Positions 18,771 to 28,153 of a stretch of 64,000 nt of DNA are shown here, piece after piece. The notes under the pieces were generated by a model. That model was not told where the DNA came from. It saw nothing but the letters and a program-made list of their open reading frames with translations, and did not search any database. Position numbers and translations under genes: made by a program. Numbering within the stretch: position 1 is the stretch's first letter; every line of letters begins with the position of its first letter. The stretch comes from an uncultured Dehalococcoidales bacterium (GTDB lineage Bacteria; Chloroflexota; Dehalococcoidia; GIF9; AB-539-J10). Where the stretch lies: NCBI GenBank assembly GCA_964578745.1, contig CAZODZ010000001.1:17676-81675 (forward strand), written 5' to 3'.

Positions 18771-20005
18771 GGGCTTATGCTGGCGTCGCAGTGCTTCGGG
18801 AACGTGTGCGTCGTGTACTGCCGCCTGTTGTAGTTCTGTTTGTTCTGGCGCATTTCTCTCACCACCTGCTGACTGCTCTGCCCATCCCTCTTCTGCCGTT
18901 CATACGGAATGAGTTCTGTCTGGATTACACAAGGGCGGCTCTCGTGGTCTCTGCCTTTTCGGTGCCCTACGGCATATCGCAGCTTCCTTCCGGCTGGTTG
19001 AGTGACCGGTTCGGGCCAAGGCGTCTCCTTCTGGTGGGCATCAGTGGTGTGGCGCTCGCAGGTCTGCTGGTGGGAATCTCAACGCAGTACGCTCTGCTGC
19101 TTGCGGGGCTCGCACTGATGGGTGCCTTGGGTGGTGGCTATCATCCATCAGCACCCTTGCTCATATCCTCTGTTGTCGAACCGTCACGGCGGGGCAGCGC
19201 CCTTGGCTTCCATATGATAGGTGGCAGTGCAAGCTACTTCCTGGCTCCACTGGTCGCTGCTGGCCTGGCTGCGAGCTTCGGGTGGCGCGCCCCCTTTGTC
19301 GGCCTTGCGATTCCCGCGTTCATCTTGGGTATTGTCTTCTATGTACTGCTTGGCCGGCGGCAGAAGGCCGCTTCCGTCGGCCAGAGTCCCTCGGCGCCGA
19401 CACATGCGGATGACCATGAGGTAAACTGGGTACGACTTGCTGCATTCATCGCCCTGAGCGGGTTTCTGGCCGCCGCTCTGCAGGCGGTCCTGGCATTCAT
19501 TCCTCTCTATCTGGTCGACGTGTTTGGCTATTCCGAGCCAAGTGCCGCTGCAGTGATTGCACTCTTCTATTCGGCGGGGCTGTGGGCCGCTGTCGTGGGT
19601 GGCTATGTCTCAGACAGGATTGGCAACGTACCCGTAGTGGCGGTGTTGGCGTTACTGACTGGCCCGTCGATGGTCCTAATTGGGTTGAATTCTTCACAGG
19701 CGCTTCTCATGGGCCTTGTACTATTTCTGGGGGTGGCGTTGTATGCCAGGGCTCCGGCGTCGGAGGCGTTTGTGTTGTCGGAGAGTCCTACCAATCATCG
19801 CTCCACCGTGCTCGGTGTGTACTACTTCGGTGCCATGGAGGGAAATGGTGTGCTGGCGCCTATTGTGGGCTATCTTGTCGACCGGTGGGGCTTCACCGTG
19901 GCATTTGAGATCGCTGGTCTGGGCATGATGGCCGTCGCGCTAGTCTGTACGCTCGTTGTCGTCCGAACTACTCGAAGGAGCCGAGCGTCTCATGCCCGGC
20001 GTTGA
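18767..20005 (+). CDS. MFS transporter
   Basis: 12 TM, D-R-x-G-P-R-R motif (SDRFGPRRLL) between TM2 and TM3; start set at the GTG overlapping the upstream TGA (GTGA), 6 codons inside the track ORF. Confidence 0.7.
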   Translation: MRAYAGVAVLRERVRRVLPPVVVLFVLAHFSHHLLTALPIPLLPFIRNEFCLDYTRAALVVSAFSVPYGISQLPSGWLSDRFGPRRLLLVGISGVALAGLLVGISTQYALLLAGLALMGALGGGYHPSAPLLISSVVEPSRRGSALGFHMIGGSASYFLAPLVAAGLAASFGWRAPFVGLAIPAFILGIVFYVLLGRRQKAASVGQSPSAPTHADDHEVNWVRLAAFIALSGFLAAALQAVLAFIPLYLVDVFGYSEPSAAAVIALFYSAGLWAAVVGGYVSDRIGNVPVVAVLALLTGPSMVLIGLNSSQALLMGLVLFLGVALYARAPASEAFVLSESPTNHRSTVLGVYYFGAMEGNGVLAPIVGYLVDRWGFTVAFEIAGLGMMAVALVCTLVVVRTTRRSRASHARR

Positions 20006-20934
20006 CTACGTGATGGTCACGTGGCTTCCCTTGTCTCTACAGGCGCCTTTTCTCACCTCGCTGTAACGGAAGGCGTGAGTCATTCATCCACGACTTGGCG
20101 GGTCTGTGCGGTCCGATCGCACACGCATGCCTCGGGAGCCACGGTTGGCACGGAGGCGCCCGGAAATGGACAATGTTACTATCCACCTTATCATAGGCTG
20201 CTTCAGCGCGTGGAGCAATGGCTGTGTCAAAGCGACTCTGGTGTGAGGTGTGCGCGTGGCGTGTTTCGTCGCCAGATGAAAGCAGAGCCTGAATGTGGTG
20301 TCCGCCTCAGCCGGGTTCTAGTTGGAGCGAGCCATTCTGGTGGCACTCTCCATGGATAGCGGCTGTCGGAAGTGGCGCAGTGTGCTCGAGACCATGAGTG
20401 CTGTTGACTGCACCGTGACGTGAGCGTGGACCTGCTGCATGTTGTACATTGCTGCTTGCTCGACTCCGTCGCGTGGGTGCTTGTATCCCTCTCCAGTCCC
20501 ATGTCGCTTGCCTTGTCTCGTCTCGATGAATGATAGACCCGTCCAGCACACACATTTCAAACGGGCATGAATCTCCCGACGATTCTTTTTGGGGTTTGAG
20601 TCACTCAGGAACTGCTCTGCGTGGGCACGTCCTTGTGTGATACCTGCAGTGCACTGAAGGTCGGTTCGTTCATTGGGGGTGGGCATCGTTGGGAGTCGTC
20701 ATGCGTGCGGAATAAGTGCTTGGTATGACGAGGGATGCCTATTGCAGGTGCTGCCTGGCTCTGCGCGGGGGAAGCGGCGCAGCTCTGTTGGCTCATGCGG
20801 CTGTACGGCGGCGCCGTAGTGGTGAGAAACGAAGGGATACAAGGTTATCTGATGATGGGGGATCAGTTCTCAGGATATCTACAGGGTGGCGCTCGCCATC
20901 AAAACCGCTATGCCGATGTGTGTGGCGCCACAGG

Positions 20935-21264
20935 CTACCACTTGACTTCGTACGAGCCGAGGATGAATTCCAGGTCCTCGTGGACTGCACTGATCACATC
21001 TTCGGAGATAAGGTCTTCTTCCAGCGTGAGGGCCATACGCACGTTTGCGTCTGCTGAGCCCAGGATGTGCATTGTTCCGGCTTGTCGGTTCTGGTTATCC
21101 ATCACAGGAGCAGTAACGCGGGACTGCGTGGCGCCGCTGCCGATGGAATAGGTCTGCATCCTCTCTTCGTGGGTAGACAGTCCATGCCTCGCCAGAATGT
21201 CGCGCATCTCGTCGTAAAGCATGTCCGGATTGAGCTTGCGATATGTCTTCTTCACCTGAGTTGA
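20935..21264 (-). CDS. Hypothetical small protein (~110 aa)
   Basis: ATG MSTQVKKTYRKLNPDMLYDEM inside the 168-aa track ORF; no family recognised. Confidence 0.3.
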   Translation of the reverse strand, partial: STQVKKTYRKLNPDMLYDEMRDILARHGLSTHEERMQTYSIGSGATQSRVTAPVMDNQNRQAGTMHILGSADANVRMALTLEEDLISEDVISAVHEDLEFILGSYEVKW

Positions 21265-21340
21265 CATCTGCCCACCTCGAACTCGATTATAACACTGCAG
21301 CGGCCTCACTCCGCTGTGCATGCTGCTATAATCAAACAGC

Positions 21341-21523
21341 ATGAAAGACGAGTTGATGGAGATCATCGTCTGCCCCGTATGTAAGGGCACTCTGGAGCTC
21401 ACCGTTATCGAAAGAGATGAGCGCGAGATAGTCACGGGCACGCTGTACTGCCGGAAGTGCGATTTCGCCTACCCGATTACGGACACGATCCCTAATCTCC
21501 TGCCGCCGGACATGCAGGACTAG
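21341..21523 (+). CDS. Trm112/YcaR (UPF0434) family protein
   Basis: 60 aa; EIIVCPVCKG...LYCRKCDFAYPITDTIPNLLP is the classic Trm112 zinc-ribbon-like signature. Confidence 0.7.
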   Translation: MKDELMEIIVCPVCKGTLELTVIERDEREIVTGTLYCRKCDFAYPITDTIPNLLPPDMQD

Positions 21524-21900
21524 GGAGAGTAACTCACGCCTGATGTGGGTGACTCCCATACCTCGATGGCTTCAAGGTGTGTGGTGCTTCCTTCGAAGAC
21601 CGGCTTCAGTCGTTCGAACAGCCATGATGCGATATTCTCGCTTGAAGGTGGACGAGCGGTGAACATCGGTAATTCGTTGAGACACGTGTGATCCAGCAGG
21701 CTCAATTCATGCCTCAGGTGACGCTTCATCTCTGAGAAATCGTATGCTATGCCATCGCTGCCTATGGTCTGTACTCTGATTCTCAGTATCACTTTGAAGC
21801 GGTGACCATGCATGCGCTCACACTTTCCCTGATATTCCGGGAGATAGTGGGCCGCGTCGAAGTGCTCTTCAACAAACAACCTGAACATCAGTCCCTCCAT
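21520..21900 (-). CDS. 6-pyruvoyltetrahydropterin synthase family protein (QueD-like; candidate PTPS-III FolB replacement)
   Basis: FVEEHFDAAHYLP...GKCERMHGHRFKV (Cys-Glu adjacent to HGH zinc motif), about 125 aa; clustered with folK and folP. Confidence 0.75.
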   Translation of the reverse strand: MEGLMFRLFVEEHFDAAHYLPEYQGKCERMHGHRFKVILRIRVQTIGSDGIAYDFSEMKRHLRHELSLLDHTCLNELPMFTARPPSSENIASWLFERLKPVFEGSTTHLEAIEVWESPTSGVSYSP

Positions 21901-22375
21901 CGTACGGGCGCACCCAGTGGCTGTCGCGGCAGCGTTGCAACAGCTCGCCGACAGTATCACCGGTCACGGGGTGCGACAGATCTGGGGCAATCTCAGCAAG
22001 CGGAATGAGGACAAATGCCCGCTCTGCCAGCCTCGGGTGTGGGATGGTGAGAGATGGCTCATTGACGACTAGATTGTCATACAGGAGGATATCGATATCA
22101 ATCAGCCTGGGTCCGTTCCGGTTCGATGGGTGACGCCCCAGTCGCAGTTCGATCGTGCGGGTTGCGTCGAGTAGTTCGGCAGGGCTGAGCGCTGTCTGTA
22201 ATCGGCATGTGAGGTTCAGGAATGCTGGCTGTGCTGCCAAGCCCACGGGTTCGGTTTCGTAGATGTGCGAGACAGTCTCGATGGTGCCGTATCTCTTAAG
22301 CGCCTTGAGCGCCTCTACGAGGTTGGCGTGCCTGTCGCCAAGGTTTGCACCGAGGCCGAGATAGACGTATGCCAC
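21869..22375 (-). CDS. folK: 2-amino-4-hydroxy-6-hydroxymethyldihydropteridine diphosphokinase
   Basis: VYLGLGANLGDR...ETEPVG...RWGPRLIDIDIL-type HPPK motifs; GTG start overlaps the folP stop (GTGA). Confidence 0.8.
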   Translation of the reverse strand: MAYVYLGLGANLGDRHANLVEALKALKRYGTIETVSHIYETEPVGLAAQPAFLNLTCRLQTALSPAELLDATRTIELRLGRHPSNRNGPRLIDIDILLYDNLVVNEPSLTIPHPRLAERAFVLIPLAEIAPDLSHPVTGDTVGELLQRCRDSHWVRPYDGGTDVQVVC

Positions 22376-22377
22376 GG

Positions 22378-23220
22378 TCAGGCGTTCCCTCGCATGACAG
22401 CGTCCGCAACCATGCACACCCGCTTCATCGCTTTCACGTCGTGCACCCGGACCACGTTGGCGCCGCTGGCGATGGAAAGCGCTACCGTCGCTGCAGTGGC
22501 TTCAAGTCGCTCGGATGGCGGTAAGTTGAGTATGTATCCGAGAACCGACTTCCGGGACGAACCAAGGAGGAGAGGAAACTGCAGTTCTCTGAGCTCGCTC
22601 AGCCGCCGGAGGATCTCGATGTTCTGGGGCTGGGTCTTGCCGAATCCGAGTCCGGGATCGATGATCAGTCGGGAAGGGTCGACGCCATGTCGTGTGGCCA
22701 GTGAGGTAGCTCGCTCAAGGTCACCCGCTACTGTGGCTATGATGTCCTCGAAAACGACGTCGTGGTGTGGTGATTCGTCACGCTGATTACTCATCAGCAC
22801 CATCGCACAGTCATTCTGCGCCGCAAGGTCGGCAAGTCGCACGTCATACTTCAGTCCCCAGATGTCGTTTACGATTGCGACACCGGCGTCGACCGCCGCT
22901 GATGCGACGTCGTATTTGTACGTATCGACGCTAAGCGGCACGTCTGTCTCCTGTTTCAGTGCCTTGATGACAGGAACGACCCGCTGCATTTCCGTGGCTG
23001 TATCAAGAGGCTCGGAACCGGGGCGGGTCGATTCTCCACCGATGTCAAGGATGTCGGCGCCATCGGCGATGAGTTGCAATCCGTGTTCGATGGCGCGGCG
23101 GCTGTCGGATATGCCGTCACCGGAGAACGAATCGGGCGAGACGTTGAGAATACCCATGATGTACGTACGCGTATGCCACTCGAACGTAACGCCTCGTATG
23201 GTTGTAACGGCCGGTTTCAT
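22378..23220 (-). CDS. folP: Dihydropteroate synthase
   Basis: ILNVSPDSFSGDG, DIGGESTRPG, pterin-binding motifs; ATG MKPAVTT chosen 42 codons inside the track ORF. Confidence 0.85.
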   Translation of the reverse strand: MKPAVTTIRGVTFEWHTRTYIMGILNVSPDSFSGDGISDSRRAIEHGLQLIADGADILDIGGESTRPGSEPLDTATEMQRVVPVIKALKQETDVPLSVDTYKYDVASAAVDAGVAIVNDIWGLKYDVRLADLAAQNDCAMVLMSNQRDESPHHDVVFEDIIATVAGDLERATSLATRHGVDPSRLIIDPGLGFGKTQPQNIEILRRLSELRELQFPLLLGSSRKSVLGYILNLPPSERLEATAATVALSIASGANVVRVHDVKAMKRVCMVADAVMRGNA

Positions 23221-23372
23221 CGTAGCGGTACCCGAAAGGGCCACATTGATTATAGCAAGCCAGTCGAAGTAAAATAGAACATCTTTCGTCTCCGGTATAG
23301 GCTGGTCGTGGGCCTGCGAGGCCGGATGTTTGTGGCGTATCCCCACCGATGAATGTTGGTCTTGACCCTGCT

Positions 23373-24632
23373 ATGGGGCGCGGAAAGACTCTGGCAGAAA
23401 AGATACTCAGCGACGGGTCTGGATCCGACGCTGTCGCTGGCGGCATAGTCATCTGCCGCGTGGACCTTGCCTTCGTTCAGGATACGACCGGTCCGCTGAC
23501 GCTGAGGCTGTTCAGAGAAGCAGGCTTTCAACAGGTTGCCAATCCAGAGAAGACAGTTCTCTTCATGGATCACGCTGCACCGAGCCCCCAGCGGCAGCTT
23601 TCGACGGATCATGTCTTCATGCGGGAGTTTGGGCGGGGATGTGGCTGCATAGTGAATGATGTTGGTGAAGGGGTATGCCATCAGCTTGTTGCAGAGAGAT
23701 ACGCCAAGCCAGGTGATGTAGTCGTTGGTTCTGACTCGCACACAGTCACAGCTGGAGCGCTTGGGGCATTTGCCACGGGGATGGGTTCCAGCGACGTTGC
23801 CGTTGTCATGGCACTCGGTAAGACATGGTTCCGGGTCCCTGAGACCATTCGTGTCTGGCTGACTGGTGAACTCTCTGCGTACGTGTGCTCCAAGGATCTC
23901 ATATTGCACCTGATAGGGCAGATTGGTGCGGATGGTGCTACTTATATGGCACTGGAGTTTTCCGGTCCGGGTGTAACGTCCCTCTCGGTCGCCGACCGGC
24001 TGGTTGTGTCCAACATGGCGGTAGAGTCCGGAGCAAAGGTCGGGCTGTTTCCCAGCGATGAAGTAACGCGAGCATACCTGGAGCAGCAGGGCAGGGGTGT
24101 CGACTTCAAGGCGCTCCAGGGTGATGCCGATGCCAGATATGACCGTACGCTTGAAATTGCTCTGGATACACTCGTGCCGGTTGTCGCCTGCCCGCACACC
24201 GTAGACAACGTCCGTCCTGTGTCTGAGCTGTCGGGGACGCCTGTTGACCAGGTGTTTCTCGGGACATGCACCAATGGACGAATAGAAGACCTCGCGCTTG
24301 TGGCTGGCATGATCGGGAGCAGAAAGAAGGCTGCCGGTACACGGTTGCTGGTAGCTCCGGCTTCGCGTCGAGTGCTGCTGCAGGCCATCGAGAGGGGATA
24401 CATCACGACACTGGTTGAAGCAGGGGCGGTCATATTGCCACCCGGCTGCGCGGCATGCCTTGGGCTGCATCAGGGAATTCTGGGAGACGGTGAAGTCTGC
24501 CTCTCGACGGCAAACCGGAACTTCAAGGGTCGCATGGGCAACCCTGAAGCATTCGTGTACCTGGCAAGTCCTGCTACTGCCGCGGCGACAGCGCTCACAG
24601 GGCGCATCACAGACCCGAGGGAGTTGTCGTAA
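23373..24632 (+). CDS. leuC: 3-isopropylmalate dehydratase large subunit (short, archaeal/Thermotoga-type LeuC; aconitase family)
   Basis: MGRGKTLAEKIL start, aconitase-family Cys ligands (GTCTNGR, PPGCAAC), ~420 aa. Confidence 0.85.
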   Translation: MGRGKTLAEKILSDGSGSDAVAGGIVICRVDLAFVQDTTGPLTLRLFREAGFQQVANPEKTVLFMDHAAPSPQRQLSTDHVFMREFGRGCGCIVNDVGEGVCHQLVAERYAKPGDVVVGSDSHTVTAGALGAFATGMGSSDVAVVMALGKTWFRVPETIRVWLTGELSAYVCSKDLILHLIGQIGADGATYMALEFSGPGVTSLSVADRLVVSNMAVESGAKVGLFPSDEVTRAYLEQQGRGVDFKALQGDADARYDRTLEIALDTLVPVVACPHTVDNVRPVSELSGTPVDQVFLGTCTNGRIEDLALVAGMIGSRKKAAGTRLLVAPASRRVLLQAIERGYITTLVEAGAVILPPGCAACLGLHQGILGDGEVCLSTANRNFKGRMGNPEAFVYLASPATAAATALTGRITDPRELS

Positions 24633-24634
24633 AT

Positions 24635-25141
24635 ATGGCCGATAGAGTGTTAAGGGGCAGGGCCATTATTGCTGGTGACGATGTGTCTACAGATGACATA
24701 ATACCAGGACGTTTTGCTCACCTCCGAAGTAATTTGCCGGCGCTCGCCTCGCACGCATTCGAGGACAGATTACCCGGTTTCCACGAGCGCGTGCGCCAGG
24801 GGGATATCCTTATAGGAGGACGGAATTTTGGCCTCGGCTCGAGCCGTGAGCATGCACCGGTGGTCATCCGCATGGCAGGCATCTCAGCGATAGTAGCATC
24901 ATCTGTCGCACGTATCTTCTATAGAAACGCGATAAATCAGGGGCTTGCTGTGGTGATGTGCGATACAAGGGGCATCAACGACGGTGATGACATTGAGATC
25001 CTGCTTGAGGAAGGCACGGTCATTGATCACACCACCGGTGTGCGTATGAGTTGCGGGCGGATTCCACCATTGATGGCGAGAATCTTGGATGCGGGTGGAC
25101 TGGTACCGTACATCCGCACGCACGGTTCACTCGATGCCTGA
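24635..25141 (+). CDS. leuD: 3-isopropylmalate dehydratase small subunit
   Basis: 168 aa aconitase swivel-domain protein immediately downstream of leuC (GGRNFGLGSSREHAP). Confidence 0.85.
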   Translation: MADRVLRGRAIIAGDDVSTDDIIPGRFAHLRSNLPALASHAFEDRLPGFHERVRQGDILIGGRNFGLGSSREHAPVVIRMAGISAIVASSVARIFYRNAINQGLAVVMCDTRGINDGDDIEILLEEGTVIDHTTGVRMSCGRIPPLMARILDAGGLVPYIRTHGSLDA

Positions 25142-25178
25142 GCTGGGTGTAGTGAGAATCTCCACGTGGGAGGAATAG

Positions 25179-26255
25179 ATGAAGCACAGGGTGACGTTTA
25201 TTCCTGGAGACGGTGTCGGTCCAGAAGTTACTGGCGCGACCAGGCGTGTCCTTGAGGCGACGGGTGTGGAGTTCGATTGGGATGACGTCGTCATCGGAGC
25301 CGCTGCTCAGGAAGCTACCGGTAATCCGCTTCCGCCTGAGGCACTCGAGTCGATACGCCGGAATGGCATTGCTATCAAGGGGCCAGTGACGACGCCTATT
25401 GCCAGTGGATTCCGCAGCGTCAACGTGGCACTCAGACGGGAACTCGATCTGTATGCTTGCTTGCGTCCGTGTAGAAGCTACGAGGGTGTACTTGCTCCTT
25501 ACGATGATGTCGACATCGCTGTTGTGCGTGAGAACACCGAGGGCCTCTATGCCGGTATCGAGTTCGATTCCGACAAGGAGGATACGGCGCGTCTTGCATC
25601 GCTTGTGCGGGAAACATCGGGCAGATCCATTCCTCCCGGGTCGGCAGTGAGCCTCAGAGTGATCTCCCCTGGAGGCAGTAGACGTGTTGTGAAATTCGCC
25701 TTCGATTATGCACGGGCCAACAACAGGAAGAAGGTTACCGTGGTCCACAAGTCGAATATTCTCAAATACTCGGATGGTGTCTTTCTGCGTGCAGCACAGG
25801 AGGTGGCCCGTCAGTATTCTGATATTCGGTTCGATGATATCTTGCTGGATGCGTGCTGTATGCAGCTTGTCAGGCGACCGCAACAGTTCGACGTGCTGGT
25901 ATGTCCGAACTTCTATGGTGACCTGCTGTCCGACCTGTGTGCCGGGCTCGTTGGAGGTCTCGGCCTTGCGCCCGGCGCGAACATAGGAGAAGGCATCGCC
26001 GTGTTCGAGCCTACACATGGCAGCGCGCCCAAGTACGCCGGACTCAATAAGGTGAACCCGATAGCCACAATGCTGTCGGGAGTGTTGATGCTGCGATATC
26101 TCGAAGAGAAGGATGCGGCGGATCGACTCGAGAATGCCATCGCAGCTGTCATAGCCGAAGGCCAGAATGTTACCTACGATATGAAGGCTGACAGAGATAA
26201 CCTGTCCGCAGCGACGACAAGCCAAGTCGCCGATGCGGTCATCGCCCGGCTATGA
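25179..26255 (+). CDS. leuB: Isopropylmalate/isocitrate dehydrogenase family protein (likely 3-isopropylmalate dehydrogenase)
   Basis: IPGDGVGPEV, GSAPKYAG-type (HGSAPK) motifs; position after leuCD. Confidence 0.75.
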   Translation: MKHRVTFIPGDGVGPEVTGATRRVLEATGVEFDWDDVVIGAAAQEATGNPLPPEALESIRRNGIAIKGPVTTPIASGFRSVNVALRRELDLYACLRPCRSYEGVLAPYDDVDIAVVRENTEGLYAGIEFDSDKEDTARLASLVRETSGRSIPPGSAVSLRVISPGGSRRVVKFAFDYARANNRKKVTVVHKSNILKYSDGVFLRAAQEVARQYSDIRFDDILLDACCMQLVRRPQQFDVLVCPNFYGDLLSDLCAGLVGGLGLAPGANIGEGIAVFEPTHGSAPKYAGLNKVNPIATMLSGVLMLRYLEEKDAADRLENAIAAVIAEGQNVTYDMKADRDNLSAATTSQVADAVIARL

Positions 26256-26783
26256 CAGTAGTTTCTGCCGCGCCAGGTAGAAAAGGAGCACTGCGACAGT
26301 CTTGGCGTCGCATATCTGCTCCGAGTAGATCAGTTCGGGGATTTCGCTCAACGGCACCTTCACCACCTCGATCTCGTCTGTATCCTCGGCGACCAGCCTG
26401 CTGGGCCTGAGATCACGTGCAACGTATGTATAGAGATATTCAGTGCCGTATCCGGGCGCGGAATAGAAACCTCCGAGCTTCTCCACGCGCCTGGGAAAGT
26501 AGCCAATCTCTTCCTGCAGTTCCCGTCGGACCGAGTCGATGGTATCCTCTCCAGCTTCAACCCCTCCGGCCGGTACCTCGAGCAGGGTGCGTCCGACTGC
26601 GTAGCGGTATTGTTTCACTAGCAGGACGTTGTTCTCGTTGTCCAACGCAACCACGGCAATGCAGTCGCTATGTTCGACTACCTCGCGTGTCGTTGTAGCA
26701 CCGCTTGCCTTCCTCACCTTGTCGACGCGAAGTGATATGGCCCTCCCGCTGTAGATCTTCGAACTTGACAGCCGCTGCTCCAC
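26250..26783 (-). CDS. NUDIX hydrolase (ADP-ribose pyrophosphatase-like)
   Basis: Nudix box GGVEAGEDTIDSVRRELQEEIGY; GTG start (VEQRLSSSKIY) directly after the GNAT stop. Confidence 0.7.
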   Translation of the reverse strand: MEQRLSSSKIYSGRAISLRVDKVRKASGATTTREVVEHSDCIAVVALDNENNVLLVKQYRYAVGRTLLEVPAGGVEAGEDTIDSVRRELQEEIGYFPRRVEKLGGFYSAPGYGTEYLYTYVARDLRPSRLVAEDTDEIEVVKVPLSEIPELIYSEQICDAKTVAVLLFYLARQKLLS

Positions 26784-26784
26784 A

Positions 26785-27267
26785 CTATTCTCCTTGTGGT
26801 TTCGGTGGCACCGGGCCCACCGTACGTATAAGCGCGACCTCGTCACAATCTGGAAACTTGGGACAGTAGTAACACTCTGCCCACACCTTGTGTGGTAGTT
26901 GTGACCTGTCTATGAGACTGAACCCCCGTGCCTTGAAAAAGTCGGGTCGACGTGTAAGGCAGAATACGCGGGGAAGGCCGAGGTTTATAGCATCCTCAAG
27001 GCAGGCGTTTACGAGCATGGTGCCAAGTCCCTTGCCCTGTCGCTCCTGTTGTACAGCCAACGACCGTATCTCGGCCAGGTCACCCCAGTTCACATGCAGG
27101 GCGACGCAGCCAATGACGGAATCGCCGTCTCGAACTACCAAGTAGTCTCTCAGATTCTCATATATCTGACTCAATGCCCGCGGGAGCATATCACCACGCT
27201 TGGCGAAGTCATTGATAAGCTTGTGCATGGCAGGTGCATCTTCTATGCGTGCCTTGGTGATTATCAC
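26785..27267 (-). CDS. GNAT family N-acetyltransferase (short ArgA-like)
   Basis: Acetyl-CoA motif QGKGLGTMLV; GTG start (VIITKARIED) overlaps the nadK stop as GTGA; the longer track ORF would overlap nadK by 115 nt. Confidence 0.6.
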   Translation of the reverse strand: MIITKARIEDAPAMHKLINDFAKRGDMLPRALSQIYENLRDYLVVRDGDSVIGCVALHVNWGDLAEIRSLAVQQERQGKGLGTMLVNACLEDAINLGLPRVFCLTRRPDFFKARGFSLIDRSQLPHKVWAECYYCPKFPDCDEVALIRTVGPVPPKPQGE

Positions 27268-28079
27268 GTCGGGTTGCCTCCAAGTTTCTTGCGTATTGAA
27301 TCGTAGAAGTATGTTCGTGGCTGCAACCTCAGGAAGAGGGCCTTTAGGTGACTGCTGGTGACTTTCACCGTCTCGCACGAGTGCACGGGCCTGTCGACCT
27401 GTCCATCGAGGCTCAGCACAATGCCATCCCTCGCCTCGAGCGCCAGTTCCACCTCTGTCTGTCCGGCCACTACCAGTGCACGGTCGAGGCCAAGGTGACT
27501 CGATATCGGCTGAATGACTAGATCAGTGGACTCGGGCATGAGAATAGGCCCCCCCGCTGCCAGGGAATAGCCGGTACTTCCAGTGGCGGTAGCTACAATG
27601 ACGCCGTCGGCGCGATAAGTGGTCACGGACTGGCCGTTCAAGTGCAGGGTAATGTTCGCCAGGCGCACCGCCGTGCAGCGGATGACCGCGTCGTTTAGTG
27701 CGAGAAACTCCTCCCCCCCCAGTCTGGCCGATAGCATCGTTCGTTCTTCGGTCCAACCCTCACCGTTCAGGACCCGTGCGATGGTCCTTTCAACGGCGCT
27801 CTCCTCACTCTCGGTTATGAAACCGAGTTTACCGAGGTTCAGGCCAAGTACGGGCACACTACACGGGGCGGAGACGCGCGCAGCGTGCAGTATTGTGCCA
27901 TCTCCGCCAATGCTCACCAGCAGGTCTGTGCCTGCGATCATGTGTGAAGACTCTGCCTCATCCCATGCAGAGCACAGCCACGTCTGCAGTCCTGCGGCCT
28001 CCGCTATGTGCCGGACGTATGTGGCAAGGTGGTGCGCCCTCTCCACGTGGGGGCGGTAGAGGATGCCAAGGCGGTTCAT
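27264..28079 (-). CDS. nadK: NAD+ kinase
   Basis: GGDGT motif (LVSIGGDGTILHAAR), NE/D short motif, C-terminal beta sandwich; ATG MNRLGILY chosen (the track ORF extends 13 codons further). Confidence 0.8.
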   Translation of the reverse strand: MNRLGILYRPHVERAHHLATYVRHIAEAAGLQTWLCSAWDEAESSHMIAGTDLLVSIGGDGTILHAARVSAPCSVPVLGLNLGKLGFITESEESAVERTIARVLNGEGWTEERTMLSARLGGEEFLALNDAVIRCTAVRLANITLHLNGQSVTTYRADGVIVATATGSTGYSLAAGGPILMPESTDLVIQPISSHLGLDRALVVAGQTEVELALEARDGIVLSLDGQVDRPVHSCETVKVTSSHLKALFLRLQPRTYFYDSIRKKLGGNPT

Positions 28080-28153
28080 GAGACAGGCAAGTGTAGCATC
28101 GGCCCTGTACGTGGTCAAAGGCCGGCAGCTTTTGAGGCTTGATCTCTACCCGA

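Noticed and set aside
23250-24470. 406-aa minus-strand ORF antisense to leuC
   Set aside because: It overlaps a strongly supported aconitase-family gene on the other strand, and its low-complexity Arg/Cys-rich translation is a GC artefact.
25020-26225. 401-aa minus-strand ORF antisense to leuD/leuB
   Set aside because: It has the same antisense artefact pattern and no recognisable domain.
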